Origin: Octopus vulgaris
Taxonomy: Eukaryota
Direction: 5' to 3'
DNA length: 64,000 bases
Assembly: GCA_951406725.2 (NCBI GenBank)
Contig: OX597839.1
Location: forward strand, 29,264,001-29,328,000
The notes under the pieces are model-generated. The model was not told where the DNA came from, did no database searches, and worked only from the letters and a program-made list of their open reading frames with translations. This document shows positions 1 through 14,009 of this stretch, piece after piece (positions within the stretch are counted from its first letter, which is position 1; the number at the start of each line of letters is the position of its first letter). Both the position numbers and the translations under genes were made by a program.

Positions 1-300
1 CCCCTCCAGAATACCAGTCCGGGCAAGGTTGGTTTATGGAAGACCAGCAGTCACCCATGCATACCAGTCGAGGGGTCTTGTCCTGCAAGTTACTTGGTGT
101 CCTTCTTATTGCTGGTGACTTGTAAAAAGCACCCAGTTCACCTTGTAAAGTGGTTGGCGTTAAGAAGGACATCCAGCCGTAGAAACCATACCAAAACAGA
201 GAGCAGAGCTTGATGTAAATCTTCTGACTTGTCTGTTCCTGTCAAACTGTCCAACCCATGCCAGCATGGAAAATGGATGATGATGATGACAATGATGATG
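1..300 (+). mobile_element. SINE-like repeat with (ATG)n tail (family C)
   Basis: ggcgttaagaaggacatccagccgtagaaa..ccaacccatgccagcatggaaaa..(gat)n. Copies at ~1966-2160, 19790-19998, 24692-25010, 26230-26410 and 34823-35120. Confidence 0.75.
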
Positions 301-479
301 GTGAGAAATATATATATTATCATCACCATAATCGTTCAACATCTACCTTCCATATACAACCCATAATCCACCACCCTTATGTTATATAGTCCTTGTGTGT
401 GTGTGTGTGTTATTCCACTTGGAAACAAGTGAAGTTGGCATCAGGAAGGGCATCAAGTCATAAAATCTCTGCCCCAACA

Positions 480-978
<499 letters not shown>

Positions 979-2572
979 CAACTATATATATATATATATA
1001 TACGCACACACACCGTACCTACATACAGTGTACAGTTCTGTTATGGTAAGATCACCACAAGAAGTGCTCTCTATCCAGTGAAAGATAAATATCATTTAAT
1101 GATTTAATGTACATAGTATAAAAATACGAGCTACCAACAGTTTCATGCAGAGGAGATGTGGGTTTAGGTAGGTTTTTATAACATGTCTTGTGTCTCAGAG
1201 AGCCTGAGAATCGCTTGAAGGAACAAAACATGTTATAAAAGCCTGTCTAGACCGGCATCTCCAAAGCAAGAAACCATTAATAGTTTGTATGCTTATACTG
1301 TATACATTAAATGATATACATACATATACATATGTGTGTGTGTGTGTGTGGGTGTATATATTAATTTGGTTAGTTACTAGAGTTTCAGTTACTTCATAGC
1401 ATCTCTGTATTCCAGCAATGTAATCAATACAGCAAAAAAAAAAATAACGATCAGATAAGGCATCTACCAGTGACAGATTCCTGTTAGGTAAGATGGCTTT
1501 TAGCTGATTCTTCCACACTGAAATGTGACTGTTTCAGCAGCAGCAGCAGGTGGATTGGCGGTTATTGGATCACTAGTGCTTCCTCCCTCTCTCTGTGCAT
1601 GTGTGAGAGAGAGAAGGAGAGACCATTTCAGTGGCAGGTGAATTAGCATTTATTGGGTCAATTGTATTGTTACCAATATCAACCACTCCATTACAACTCA
1701 TCAATACAAAAGTCTCTTAAATCCAAGGTTGTTGGGTGGAAATGTTTCTCTGGTTGCCCACTCGTGCACATGTTTTTCTAGTTCTTCAGTGGCTTCTCTC
1801 ATCCCCACTTCTAACACATAACCCCTTTTACTGACCCTTTCTATCATTTTTTATAAAGACACAACTAGGAACAATTGAAAGACATTTGTACTATTTCCTG
1901 CTGTCTTTTTTTTTTTTTTCCCATTTTAATGGGTTCAGATCTTTGGTTGGCCTGTCATAAAACATTTTAACCTTTGTCCTCATTTAATGTCCGTTTTCCA
2001 TGCTGGCATGAGTTGGATGCTTTAACAGAATCCAAAAATCCCAGATGACTGCATTTAACTCCATTGTCCGTTTTAGTATGGTTTCCACAGCTGGAAGCTA
2101 TTCCTAATGCCAACCACTTTACAGAGTCCACTGGATGCTTTTGACAAGTCACCAACACTCAACTCACAAGGAAAAGACCCCTCGACTGAGTGGGTCATAG
2201 TAGAAAGGGGAGGTGGCTTTATGTTAAGTGTTAAGAGTCTAAAGTATGATAGAGAGAGACAGGCGAAGGTGTATTGCTATCGAGAGGAGATATGTGGCTA
2301 CTCTGCATTGCTTACAGAATCATAAATATACAGTATGGCTCTGTTTCTACTTTGCGGATTTTCACTTATTGTGTGTGTGGGGGGGGCTTTGGAACATAAC
2401 ACCTGCGATAACTGAGGGATTATTGTGTGTGTGTATATATATATATATATATAAAATATATAAATATATGCATATATACATACATATATGTACATGCCTA
2501 CATATATATGTATATACATATGCATATATGGGTACAGGACATCAGAAAAATGGGAGGTATTTCTGCCGCACC

Positions 2573-2625
<53 letters not shown>

Positions 2626-3204
2626 TGCTTATTTTTATGTTCAGTTATAATGAAAACACATTTACAAATTTGTTTCGCAAGATTCCTGATAGGAAATCAT
2701 TATTTGAAGCAGATATTGTTATATTTTGGGATGGTTACATTTTTTTTTTTTGCAAAAAGAAAAAAAGTCAAAAAAAAAAAAAGACACATTCACTATATAC
2801 TCATTCTTCACTTCTTATTTTACTGTCCTTCCTTAAACAGAGAATGGACCAAACAGGACAGGAGGAGACACACATGGGACAGAGGGTCGCTGAAGAGGGC
2901 ACAGGATGTGTGACGAAAGATTTAAGACAAAGGACAGTAAAAGAAGAACAATAATAAATTTGAAGTGAAGAATGACTATACAGTGTGTGTGTGTGTGTTT
3001 ATTTGACAACAAAATCAAAAAAAAAAAAAAATCCCCATCCTAAAATATAACAATGTGAAAGGAAACAATTGTTCATTGATCTGATGGATTACTGCAGACT
3101 TTTGGAGCAAAACAAGCTTACTATTCTTTTAACAAGAAGAGTATTGACAGTGACTTCGAAGTTTCGGCCAGCTAAACCATCAGATGCATACGGGAACAGA
3201 TATA

Positions 3205-3447
3205 CACACACCACACACACATGAACACACACAAATACACATACAAGAACACTCACAGACACACATACATGAATACACACAAACACACATACGTGAACAC
3301 ACACAAATACACATACATGAACACACACAAACACACATACATGAAAACACACATACATGAATACATACATACATGAACACACACACATACATGAACACAC
3401 ACACATACATGAACACACACATATACATGAACACACACACACATGAA
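3205..3447. repeat. ~20-24-bp minisatellite (ACACATACATGAACAC..)n
   Basis: About ten degenerate units anchored on catgaa. Confidence 0.8.
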
Positions 3448-4688
3448 CTCAGTTTTATCCACACACAAATGCACCACCAGCTAAGCATACATTTGTAAAT
3501 GCACTACACACACACACGTATGCACACACACACATATGCAAGTATGCACACACACACACACAGCAGTGCTGTAACCAAGCGTTTATTTCAAAAGGAACAC
3601 CTAATCTAATTTACAAGAAGGCTCCATATTGCTTGAGAGGAGAGAAAAACGGTAGAACTGTTGATGTGAGACAAGGGTGGGGGGTAATGGAGGTGGGGGA
3701 GAGAGACAGGGATGCAGAGTGGAGCGGGGGTTGTTACAAGAAAGAAAACGGATGGACAATACTGCCACAGTTGAGTCATAGACAGTGGAAGCACACACAC
3801 ACACACACACACACATCTTTTGTGAACATGTATATAGGTATGTGTGTGTGTGTGTGTGTATTAATTAGATGGGTGTGGAATGGAATATTCAAAATATATT
3901 CACACAAGTGAATATTCCATAATCGCTGTAGAATTTTCAATCTTTCTTAGAACTTTGCCGCAGCAACTTGGCAAGGGGGGTTTTCCACAACAGCAGCCAC
4001 CATTTGCAAAACAACTGTAACAACTGATGTGTGTGTGTGTGTGGAGGGGGGTGGGGTGGGGGTTGGCGAATGGTTGTATTTAGCACAAGGAGGGTAGGTG
4101 TATATTTTAATGAAGCTGAAGGTATTTTCTTCTTTTGCATGTTCCAGATGTTCAAAATTATTTGAACAACTAGAAAAAGTGGAGCCACTGAGCTTCGAGA
4201 AGCTTCAGCCATTATTGCCTCCCCCCCCACCACATATTCAGCAATCAATATAACTTATTATACACTGAAATTAATATTACTTGATGGAGGCTGTGAAACA
4301 GCTGTAATCCTATGGACATCAAGTAGTTAAATAAATATATCCACCTCTCATACCTCCAGGCATTTTATCGTTTATATACTACTCAAGAAATAATTTCATA
4401 AATCAGATCTGAATTTCAGCTGTATGGAACCCTACATGATACTCCTTTGCATCGAATTACTATGTGGTATGATAGACGGAAACTGAAAGAAGCCCATTGT
4501 GTATATATGGATGTGTATGTGTGTGTCTGTTCTTTTGTCTCTCACCACCTTTTGACAATCATAACTTAGTGGTTTGGCAAAAGAGACCAGCAGAATAAGT
4601 ACCACGCTTAAAAAAAAATACTCGGGTCAATTCATTCAACAAAAATATTCCCCAAAGCAGTGCTCCAGCATGGCTGAAACAAGTGAAA

Positions 4689-4740
<52 letters not shown>

Positions 4741-7712
4741 GTATATATATATATACACATATGTATGTATATACACACACACACATATATGCATACACAT
4801 ACACACATATATATATACACACACACAGATAGACGTATGCTTGTGTGTGTGCACGTGCTTGGCTATATTTTCTAACGATTAGATTTAATGTCCAGTCTGC
4901 AATTGTCTGAATGAAGATAACAACCTTGGATGCCGTGTTGATTAATTCAGAAACACTAATGAGATACAGAAGCAAAAGCCAGCAAAGAACTTCCATTGTC
5001 TTTGAACAACCACTAAAAAAAAAACCAACAACAACCATAACAGCAAAAACAGTCTCTCCAAATCGTCTAGCCACACAAAATTTTAAGTTTATGCCAAAGA
5101 AAGCCACGACATATAAAATAACAATGGCCATTATACAGCAGAAAGTTAGCGGCAATATGAAATGAAGTTAGTCAATATATGAAAGGAATCTGACCACTAA
5201 AAAGACTTCTAGCTATAATATAAACACTGGACACTTGATAAAGCAACAGTAGTTGCCATATATAAGAATGGAGCCACCACATGAAAGAAATTAGCAGAGC
5301 ATTTTATGTGCACAATTCAATGCATATCATCATCATCATCATCATCATTTAACATCCGGCTTTCTGTGTTTGCACAGCAAAGTTTATTTGAGGCAGATTT
5401 TCTATGGATGATGCTCTTCCCGTTGCCAACTCTCACCTTTTTCCGAGTAAGGTAATTTTTTTTCCATGGCTAGACATGTTCTTGCAGATTATTGGAATTG
5501 AGTGACACCGCTTGTATAACGGGGACATTCACTTACAACTGTCTCACAATGTCAAGACAAGGATACGGACACACACACACACACACATATGATGGGCTTC
5601 TTTCAGTTTCCATCTACCAAATCCATTCACAAGCTTTGGTTGGCCTGGGACTTTAATAGAAGGCACTGGCTCAAGATGCCATGCAGTAAGACCCCCGCCC
5701 CCCCAAAAAAAACAGGGTGCAGGGTGTCAAGTAGTTTCACACTTTAGCATTTAGACTACTAATGGAGGTGCATGGCTAAGTGGTTAGGGATGTTGGACTC
5801 ATGATCGTAAGATTGTGGTTTCAATTCCTGGACTGGGCGACAATGAGTAATCTGGCAACAGACTGGCATCCTGTCTAGGTGGGGAAACCAGGAAATCGAT
5901 CCTTATGAGTGAATATGATTTACCTTTTTAATTCAAACTTCTCTGCCAAATGTAACACTTTTTTTTATTCACATTGTTTTCTATTATCCCTTTAGCTTTG
6001 AGATTTCAATGATGCGATTGTTTAGTTTAGAGAGACACTGTAGCATAGGTGTGAGAGGCAGGATCTGGCCAGTTTGAATATGAAACAGGCAGAACATTTG
6101 GGGTGGATATAGAAGGGTTAAACACTAAAGGGTTATTGAATTTGCATGGAAAAAGTCATCCAAGTTAGTTTTTGTACTAAAGGCTTCGTGTTGAAGGAAT
6201 TTTAGCTCAGATACATTTAATTAAGGCACACACGAACTGGAGTAGAATGTTTCACTAGCATTAATATAACAACTGTTGCTGCTTTCAGACCTATAATCAA
6301 AAGAGCTTCAGCCATGACCCTCCCCTCTCTTCATTTTCTGGCATGGTTTATCATGGATTACATTATCCAAAGTGACAGTCCTTTTTAAAGAGAGTAGGGT
6401 GTGATTTGAGAGCTGGGTGCTATTTTGAGCAGATTGACTCCACACACCATTCACTCTCTTCGTTTTTCTGACAAAGTTTATTTAAAACAACATTAACCAA
6501 AGAGATGGTCCGTTTTTAAGGAGGTAAAGTGCGATTTGAAGGAAGACTGGCTGCTATTTCTAAGAGACAGTGACTGCACCGATGTTATCTCATTACTTGT
6601 TATACTTCTGTGTGTGTGTGTATATTTATTTTATGCACAAATCTTATATGAATTAATTAGAAATAACACTTTTTAAAAAAAAATAATTTCTTTTGCAACA
6701 ATTCATTTCAAAGTAATGAATTGATGAAAGGAAGAGGAGGGGAGGTTAGAGACAAAAAAAATATAAAATTCAATTTGAAATTCAATTTATAAAAAAAAAT
6801 TCATTAAAAAAAATTTTTTTTTTAAACATTCAAATTAGAATTTTATGATCATTCCTCAAAAAAATGCAGGAAAAAAAATACACAAAAAAAGGGAAAACCT
6901 CCACCCATTTTTCAATTTGATTCTTTCACAACATTTTCCAGGATACAAGTCTTACTTTTCAGACTAACATTTCCAGTGAAAAGAAGTCAGAGGAGTTTGG
7001 AGGAGGAAAAATTCCATGTGAAATGCAGCAAAATTTGGGAAGGTAGTGATGATGGTTGAATGATGGTTACACTGGATGTTGGCAGTATATACGAAGGTGA
7101 CTTGCATACTAGAGAATACTGATACCTTGGATTTCAGAAAGATTATAGAAGAAGACACCTCAGTTTTATCAATTTAGGAAAGAAAAAAAAGAAAGTAAAT
7201 AAACCTGAAATATGCAGCTGAATAAGAGAGAGAGAAAGAGTGTGTGTGTGTGTCCCTGTCCATAATTATAACGGTGTGCAGTGAAGGTATGTGGCATAGA
7301 GGTTAGAGTGTTTCCTATTTGATTATAAATGATATAGGTTCAATTCCCGAACCAAGCAGTACATTTTGTCCTTGAGCAAGGCCTTTCTTTTCATGTTGCT
7401 CCTCTCTATTCAACAGCAACAGAGAACCGACCAAGTTGCTGGTGCAGTCCCCCTTCCCTCTGGCTCTCGCATCTCAGATGTGTTACCAAATCAAGAGCAA
7501 AGCAGGGGACGGGGACGCTCAAGAGGGAATCCATGTTCACTTGTGACTACATAAAACAATTAACAATGGCTTGGCTCTATGATACTGTACTTTGTGTGTG
7601 CACATGCACATGAATGCATTTTTGCAAGCAAGTCTGTAGCCGAGTGTGTATTTATATTTGTTTAACTCTTTTGTTATTGTATGTCCATTGAAATACACTA
7701 TCTTATTCATTA

Positions 7713-8006
7713 GTAGAGGCACATGGCCTAGTGGTTAGAACAGCGGACTTGCAGTCGAGGGATCGCGGGTTCGAATCTCAGACCAGGAGATGTGTGTGTT
7801 TACGAGCGAAACACCTAAGCTCCATGCGGTTCCGGCAGAAGGTAATGGCGAACTTCTGCTGACTCTTTCGCCACAACTTTCTCTCACTCTTTCCTCCTGC
7901 ATCTTGCAGCTCACCTGCGACGGACTGGCGTCTCGTCCAGGTGGGGAACCTATAAGCCAAGGAAACTGGCCCTTATGATCCAGGCATGGCTCGAGAAGGA
8001 ACAAAC
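7713..8006 (+). mobile_element. tRNA-derived SINE (family D) with TSD
   Basis: tRNA-like head (tggcctagtggttag..gggttcgaatc); 11-bp TSD cttattcatta at 7702-7712 and 8007-8017. Confidence 0.85.
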
Positions 8007-8023
8007 CTTATTCATTAAATTAA

Positions 8024-8256
8024 CCTCTTAGCATTTAAACCGGCCCTATCCAGTCAAAATATTCCACCCGTTTAATGTTCAAACTGGCCAGATCTGGTCT
8101 CTCACACCTAACCTACAATGTCATTCTAAAAACAAGCAATCACATCATTGACATCTCAACAGATCTGGTCTGTCACACCTATCCTACAATGTCATTCTAA
8201 AAATAATGTGGATAAAAAAGCTTTACATTTGACAAAGAAATTTGAATGCTAAAGGG
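8024..8256. mobile_element. piggyBac-type MITE (family 1)
   Basis: TTAA on both sides; termini cctcttagcatt / aatgctaaaggg. Other copies at ~18410-18828, 37625-37832 and 5930-6135. Confidence 0.75.
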
Positions 8257-9917
8257 TTAAGAAGAGCTCCATTCCACTGGTAGAAGTGCATGGCTTAGGG
8301 GTTAAGGTGTTGGACTCATAATTGTAAGGTTGTGGTTTCAATTCCTGGACTGCATTTGTGTTCTTGAGCAAAACACTTCATTTCATGTTGGTCCACTCCA
8401 CTCAGCTGGCAAAAATGAATAACCCTGTGACGGACTGGTGCCCTATCCAGGGGGGAATATTTCCATCAGAGAATCCAACAAAACCAGCCTTGGGAGTCTG
8501 TATAACTCAAGAAAGAGCTTTATACTTTTTTTTATCCTTTTCCATCCCACTTCTGATTACCTCCTATTTACATACAAATAAGGTAAGTAATCTCATTTTC
8601 AATTTGAACCTCACAAAACCCAGCACATTTATTTATATTATCACCTATTAACTTCAATAATATTACCATTATTACATTTCAACCATCTTTACATTCCAAG
8701 TTCAAATCTTGCCAAGGTCAACTTAGCCTTTCATTCTTCCAGGGTCGATAAAATAAAGTAAGTCCCAGTTGAGCATTGGGGGTCAATTTAATCAACTTTC
8801 CCCTCCCCAGCATTTGAAATCAATATCATTATTATTACACCAGTCTTTATGAAATCTATTCTAGGAAGAATCCAAGCTGTCAATCTGATCCTCAATTAAT
8901 TATAGCATTTTCAGCTATTTCCCACTTAGGGTGACTACTTGCCATTTCTTCAAGAAATTGAATAATATTCCTTTAACTAATTATTCACACAATTATTATT
9001 ATTATCCATTAATTATTATCAAATATCAATTTACTTAATTATTATTATCATATTAACAAAAGGGTTACCTTGGAATTTAACGAAACACGAAATGTAATAA
9101 AAATATTACTGAAGTTAATAAATGATAATATAAATAAAGGAGCAGGTTTTTGTCAAGTTAAAATTGAAAATAGAATGATGATGATGATGATTACCTATTA
9201 ATTATCGTTACTTATTAATTTACACAATTATTATTATTACTTATTAATTATCATTACTTATTAATTTACCCAATTATTATTATTATCTATTCATTTACAT
9301 AATTTTTCTTTTTTCCAATATAATTTACATAAAGTCAACTTTCTTTTCCTAATTATTAAGAGATTTTGTTTTAAATTAATTTTAAAAATAATGAAGAATT
9401 TAGGAAAAATAACTGTCGTTATTAAGCTGGTGCTTGGAACCTAAAATTTTGAAGGAAGATTTTCATTTAGATCACTTTAAGCCTTTTGTAAACATATTCC
9501 TGTTGAAATACAATGCTTTTCTTTCAATTAATTTTGAAAAATGATGAAGAATTTAGTAGAACAACCTTGTCATTTATGAAGCTGATGTTTGGAATATAAA
9601 TTAACATGAAATTTTGATTCAAGGTTTTAATATAGATCACTTTAAAATAACAAATTTGTATCATGAAGTCAGAGGCAGGCTGGCATCAAAGGAGCTAAGC
9701 TTGTCTCCAAGTGTCAACATGAGAGTGAATATATGCATGCAAGCATGTTTGAATTGTTGCATGTGTGCATGGGGTGGAAACAGAAAGGAGGAGGGGTAGA
9801 GGAGGAGAGTGTGTGCATTGGCACACAACCCAAACTGTACTGTGTAAAGTTTGGCACTAGAAGGGACAAAATAAAAAACCTGAAAACAAAACAAGAAAAG
9901 GCAATGTTTCAACTTAC

Positions 9918-9994
9918 CGATTCTTTGGTCAAAGATGTGTTCAAATGTCACTATCCCATTCTTGAGTAAATGCTTGTGCATTACACTTCGTATG
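9918..9994 (-). CDS. GRK2: GRK2/3-type kinase, coding exon 2 (start of RGS-homology region)
   Basis: Acceptor ttgtag| at 9996-9995 follows a pyrimidine tract and a CTAAT branch-like motif (~10050). The 77-nt exon reads (S)IRSVMHKHLLKNGIVTFEHIFDQRI(G), continues exon 1 in phase, and ends at G|GTAAGT. It matches the GRK2 motif IRSVMxKxLxxxGxVTFExIFxQxxG. Confidence 0.95.
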
Positions 9995-10630
9995 CTACAA
10001 GTCCAAGAGATGGCAGCAGAGTTTGAAAGAGAAACGGAGAAAAAGAAATATTAGAAAAACAGATGCTTGTGTTTATGTTTAGTTGTAATAAAAACAATTT
10101 CACTTTAATATGAGGGGGTCACTCAATACTTCTGTAGAGTACAAAATAATTATTCCTAAACAAGAATATTGCTGACAGCGACTTTGAAGTTTCAACCAGT
10201 TAAGCCAATGTCCTCTCTCTCTCTCTCTCTCACACACAAACACACACAGAGCATACATAAATTCATAGCATACAGAGAGCAGGTATGATAGTCATTGCTT
10301 TATAGAACATACATGTTTCAGTAAAAGACAGAAAGGTCACAGCTGGAATGTCTTTCTTGGGTTAAACAACATCTTACGTATACACACAACGATAACATCA
10401 ACACACAAACAACAAACAAAATAATGATTTATCTCAAGGTGGAAAAATTTCTTCAATCCTAAAGAATAGGTCAGTAAGGTTGGTTGAAATGAAGCACAGA
10501 ATATAACTGGTATTTTGGTATTTCAACATCTGGAGGAATGAATGACACAACTAACCTAAGTCAGAATTGAACTTAAAAAGCCTCTAGTGTATTGAGGGGC
10601 AATATGTATAGATGAGAGGTATATAATATA

Positions 10631-11013
10631 GTGGAGGCGCAATGGCCCAGTGGTTAGGGCAGCGGACTCGTGGTTTTAAAACTGTGGTTTCGATTCCCAG
10701 ACTGGGTGTTGTGAGTGTTTATTGAGTGAAAACACCTAATAGGTGCCACGAGGCTCTGGCAGTGGGTGGTGGTGAACCCTGCTGTACTCTTTCACCACAA
10801 CTTTCTCTCACTCTTTCTTCCTGTTTCTGTTGTACCCGTATTTCAAAGGGACCAGCCTTGTCACATCCTGTGTCACGCTGAATCTCCCCAAGAACTACAT
10901 TAAGAGTACACGTGTCTGTGGAGTGCTCAGCCACTTGCACATTAATTTCATGAGCAGGCTGTTCTGTTGATCATATCAGCTGGGACCCTCGTCGTCGTAA
11001 CCGACGGAGTGCT
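10631..11013 (+). mobile_element. tRNA-derived SINE (family D variant)
   Basis: tggcccagtggttag..ggtttcgattcc head; the 3' portion recurs at 11160-11265 and 32930-33098. Confidence 0.8.
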
Positions 11014-12611
11014 CCTATACCATAAAGCTCACTCAATACCTTGTCTTACATACCACCCTGCAATAAAACCAACCTGTTAGAGATAAAATGGCCATTTTTT
11101 CTTTTAGTACAGGAACGTGGCTTCAACCTGTTGCATCACTGGAAGCCAGTCTCTTTTCCATGTGTCTGTGGAGTGCTCAGCCACTTGCACGTTAATTTCA
11201 TGAGCAGGTTGTTCCGTTGATCGGATCAACTGGAACACTCGGTCGTCGTAACCGACGGAGTGCCAGTCATATAATACAGAACACAAGGATGTGTAATATA
11301 TTACACAAGGATATATAAGATTACACAATTAGAAACCCAAACTAACGGCATTTACAAAGAACACGAACAGACAGGAAATGGAGAAATTTGAACAAGACGT
11401 TTGGAAGGAATTTATGTATAATAAATAGGTTATACAACTATAATATGCAAAATATTTTTTTTTCACAATTCATAATAATATTTAATCATAAAAATATAAT
11501 AAGAGAATTTTTTAAACATTGAATGACTGAGGATCCATTTATGTCATGTAAAATAGAAACGAAAGGGATCCATAGGTAAAAAAAATAGTTGAATACCCCC
11601 GATTTAGTTGGTGGAATGAGAATCAAGGTTACCAAAATAATGAAGAATTTAGTGAAATAACTTCCTCATTATTAAGCTGGCATTAGGAACATAAATTAAC
11701 ACAAGAGGGTCTTAATTTAAATCACTTTAAGAATTTTTTAAACACTGAATGGCTATAAGGGTCCATCTACGTAAAATAGAAATGAAAGGGATCAATAAGT
11801 ACAAAAATGGTTGAATACCACTGATTTAGGGGACACAGAAAGCAAAGAACAAATGCCATAAAGTATTTTACCTAATACCCTAACAATTGCACAAATCCAT
11901 CACTGTGGATCAGGTCAATATATTGATTTGACACTGGAAGAAAAAAAAAAGCAAAATAGACCTCAGAAGGAAACGAAGGATTTGAACCTCACGGAATTTT
12001 CTCTGATGTCCAATAATTCTGCCAATTAACCACCTGGTCAGTACTTCTCAATCACTTTTCCCCCTAAGGACCCCTTTGACTCCTGTTTTAGTCTACTGGA
12101 CCCTCACAGTCACCTGAGATTTAGAATATCCTATTATATTTTTATAATTAAATATTATTAGGAATTTTATAAAAAGAATTGTTAAAATCTTTTGTGTAAC
12201 ATAGAAGCATAAACCAATTCATTACTCATAAATTTTAACAAAATCTTATATGGCCCTCCAAGGGTCACACCGACCCCAGTCAAGAACCACTGACCTAACC
12301 CTATCTGTTAAATACTGGAAAAGGAAGGGGGCAGTTTTCCCTTTATTGCCTTTCTTTTGAAACTATTGGCAGCATTCTTACAGCTTTGGGGTATTAGCTC
12401 CAGCTTTTTACATTCCAAGTCTACACAGTGTTCCAGCATGGCCACAGTCAAATGACAGAAACAAATGAAAGAATAATCCTGCCAAGACCAACTTTACGCT
12501 TCTTCCTTCCAGGGGTTGATAAAATAAGTACCCTTCTACTCCCTTCAAAATTGCTAACCTTGCATCTAAATTGGAAACAATATAGATTAAATATGCAAGA
12601 CAAATAGGCAG

Positions 12612-12652
<41 letters not shown>

Positions 12653-13574
12653 ATATGGGAGGATGAGTGAGAGAATATGGAGTATTTTAAAACCCTTTAA
12701 GCCTTGATCACGAGATATCTCGTGACAAGTAAAAGTGTGTGCAGTAAGTCTTCTAATGTCAAGAGTTAACCATTTGAGTTAAGCCCAAGGAATTACTTGC
12801 CTTACTTTATTATAACACGCTTCCTTTGAGTGTGTGTGTTTTTTTATATGCATACACATATTGACATATATATACATAAATATACATCTATGCAGCGGGA
12901 CAAATATACATAAATAGAGGCACAAACACACACACACATATATATATATATGTATGTACAGACACAAACATAGTTGTGTGGTTTAAGGCAGGTGGATAGA
13001 TAGACAGATAGATAAATAATTAGACAGAACAGATAAATAGAATAGAATTGGATGGATGGATATAAACAGACAGACAGGCAGACTCACAGGGTCACTGATA
13101 GACAGATAGACAAATAGATAGGATAGATAGGCAGACAAACAGACAGTTGGATAGACAGAATAAATAGATAGAACAGATAGACCGGAAGATAGAATAGATA
13201 GGTCGACAGACAGACAGACAGAAAGATAAATTTAGTACATAATGAGTTAGACCAACAGATATATTGACACCAACTGTAGTCATGTATGGAATATATGTGT
13301 TCATGGCATGTATGTGTGTGTATGGTGTACAAGTGTAAATCTGTAGTGTGTGTGTGTGCTTATATGCATGTGTATATGTGTAAAGTATTCTATAGAGGTT
13401 AAACGCCATTGATTGCATCAGAGATCAATGCCTGGCCAAAGACTAAGACAAAAATATCAAACGTCTGAAATAGTAAGGGCTTTCTGGAATTTACCTTGAT
13501 CAAAGACAAGGGGTTCATAAAGAGGTAAGAAGAAGTAGATATGGTCTATTCCATTAACTTTACTGTTATTTATA

Positions 13575-13990
13575 TATTTCTTTATTGGCCACGCAGGGCT
13601 GAACACAGAAGGGACAAAATACAAAGTAGAGCTTTTCTTTTGGGGAAGAAGAGAAGGAAAAAAGAAAAAAAGAAAAGAAAAAGTGGGTTGAATACTGATC
13701 AAATGGGATCATGAAAAAAAAGTTGGGGGACGATCAATAGGGATCGTGTATCACAGAAATGTCAATGTAAAAAGGGGGAAACAGACTTATCTATATGTAG
13801 GAAGGAAATATGGGATGGTACCATTTTTACACCAATACAGGAGAAGAATTACATTGATGAGGATTTATATAAAGTTAAGGGGATGGAATGGGTCCATTTT
13901 TATGCAAACAGGAGGTAAGACTGATATAACTTTTTTATGTAAAGGGAGAGAAGGTGCAATGGTATCAAGGTGGGTTCCTATTTTTCGATT
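13575..13990 (-). mobile_element. 3' end of a LINE-like element ending in AATAAAGAAATA
   Basis: The terminal 46 nt are identical to 53422-53467 (plus strand) and similar to the tail of the Nin SINE; U-rich on the minus strand. The inner boundary is approximate. Confidence 0.55.
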
Positions 13991-14009
13991 ATCAGGTTTA
14001 GGATTATTG

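Noticed and set aside
1195-1290. GFLL peptide as candidate GRK exon 3
   Set aside because: No AG acceptor at the required position, and the following residues do not resemble the expected LLFxDFC..FYEE.
1735-1795. CUGAAGA...GAAAC on the minus strand
   Set aside because: No stem I or stem II pairing; chance match.
6956-7204. 249-nt minus-strand segment bounded by ttcag| and |gtaag as a possible extra exon
   Set aside because: In-frame stop after about 20 codons and no GRK similarity; it could only be a non-coding or poison exon, which cannot be supported without RNA data.
7713-7790. tRNA-like sequences here and at 10631 and 57080
   Set aside because: These are SINE heads: they continue into SINE bodies (the 7713 copy has a TSD) and lack a proper acceptor stem.
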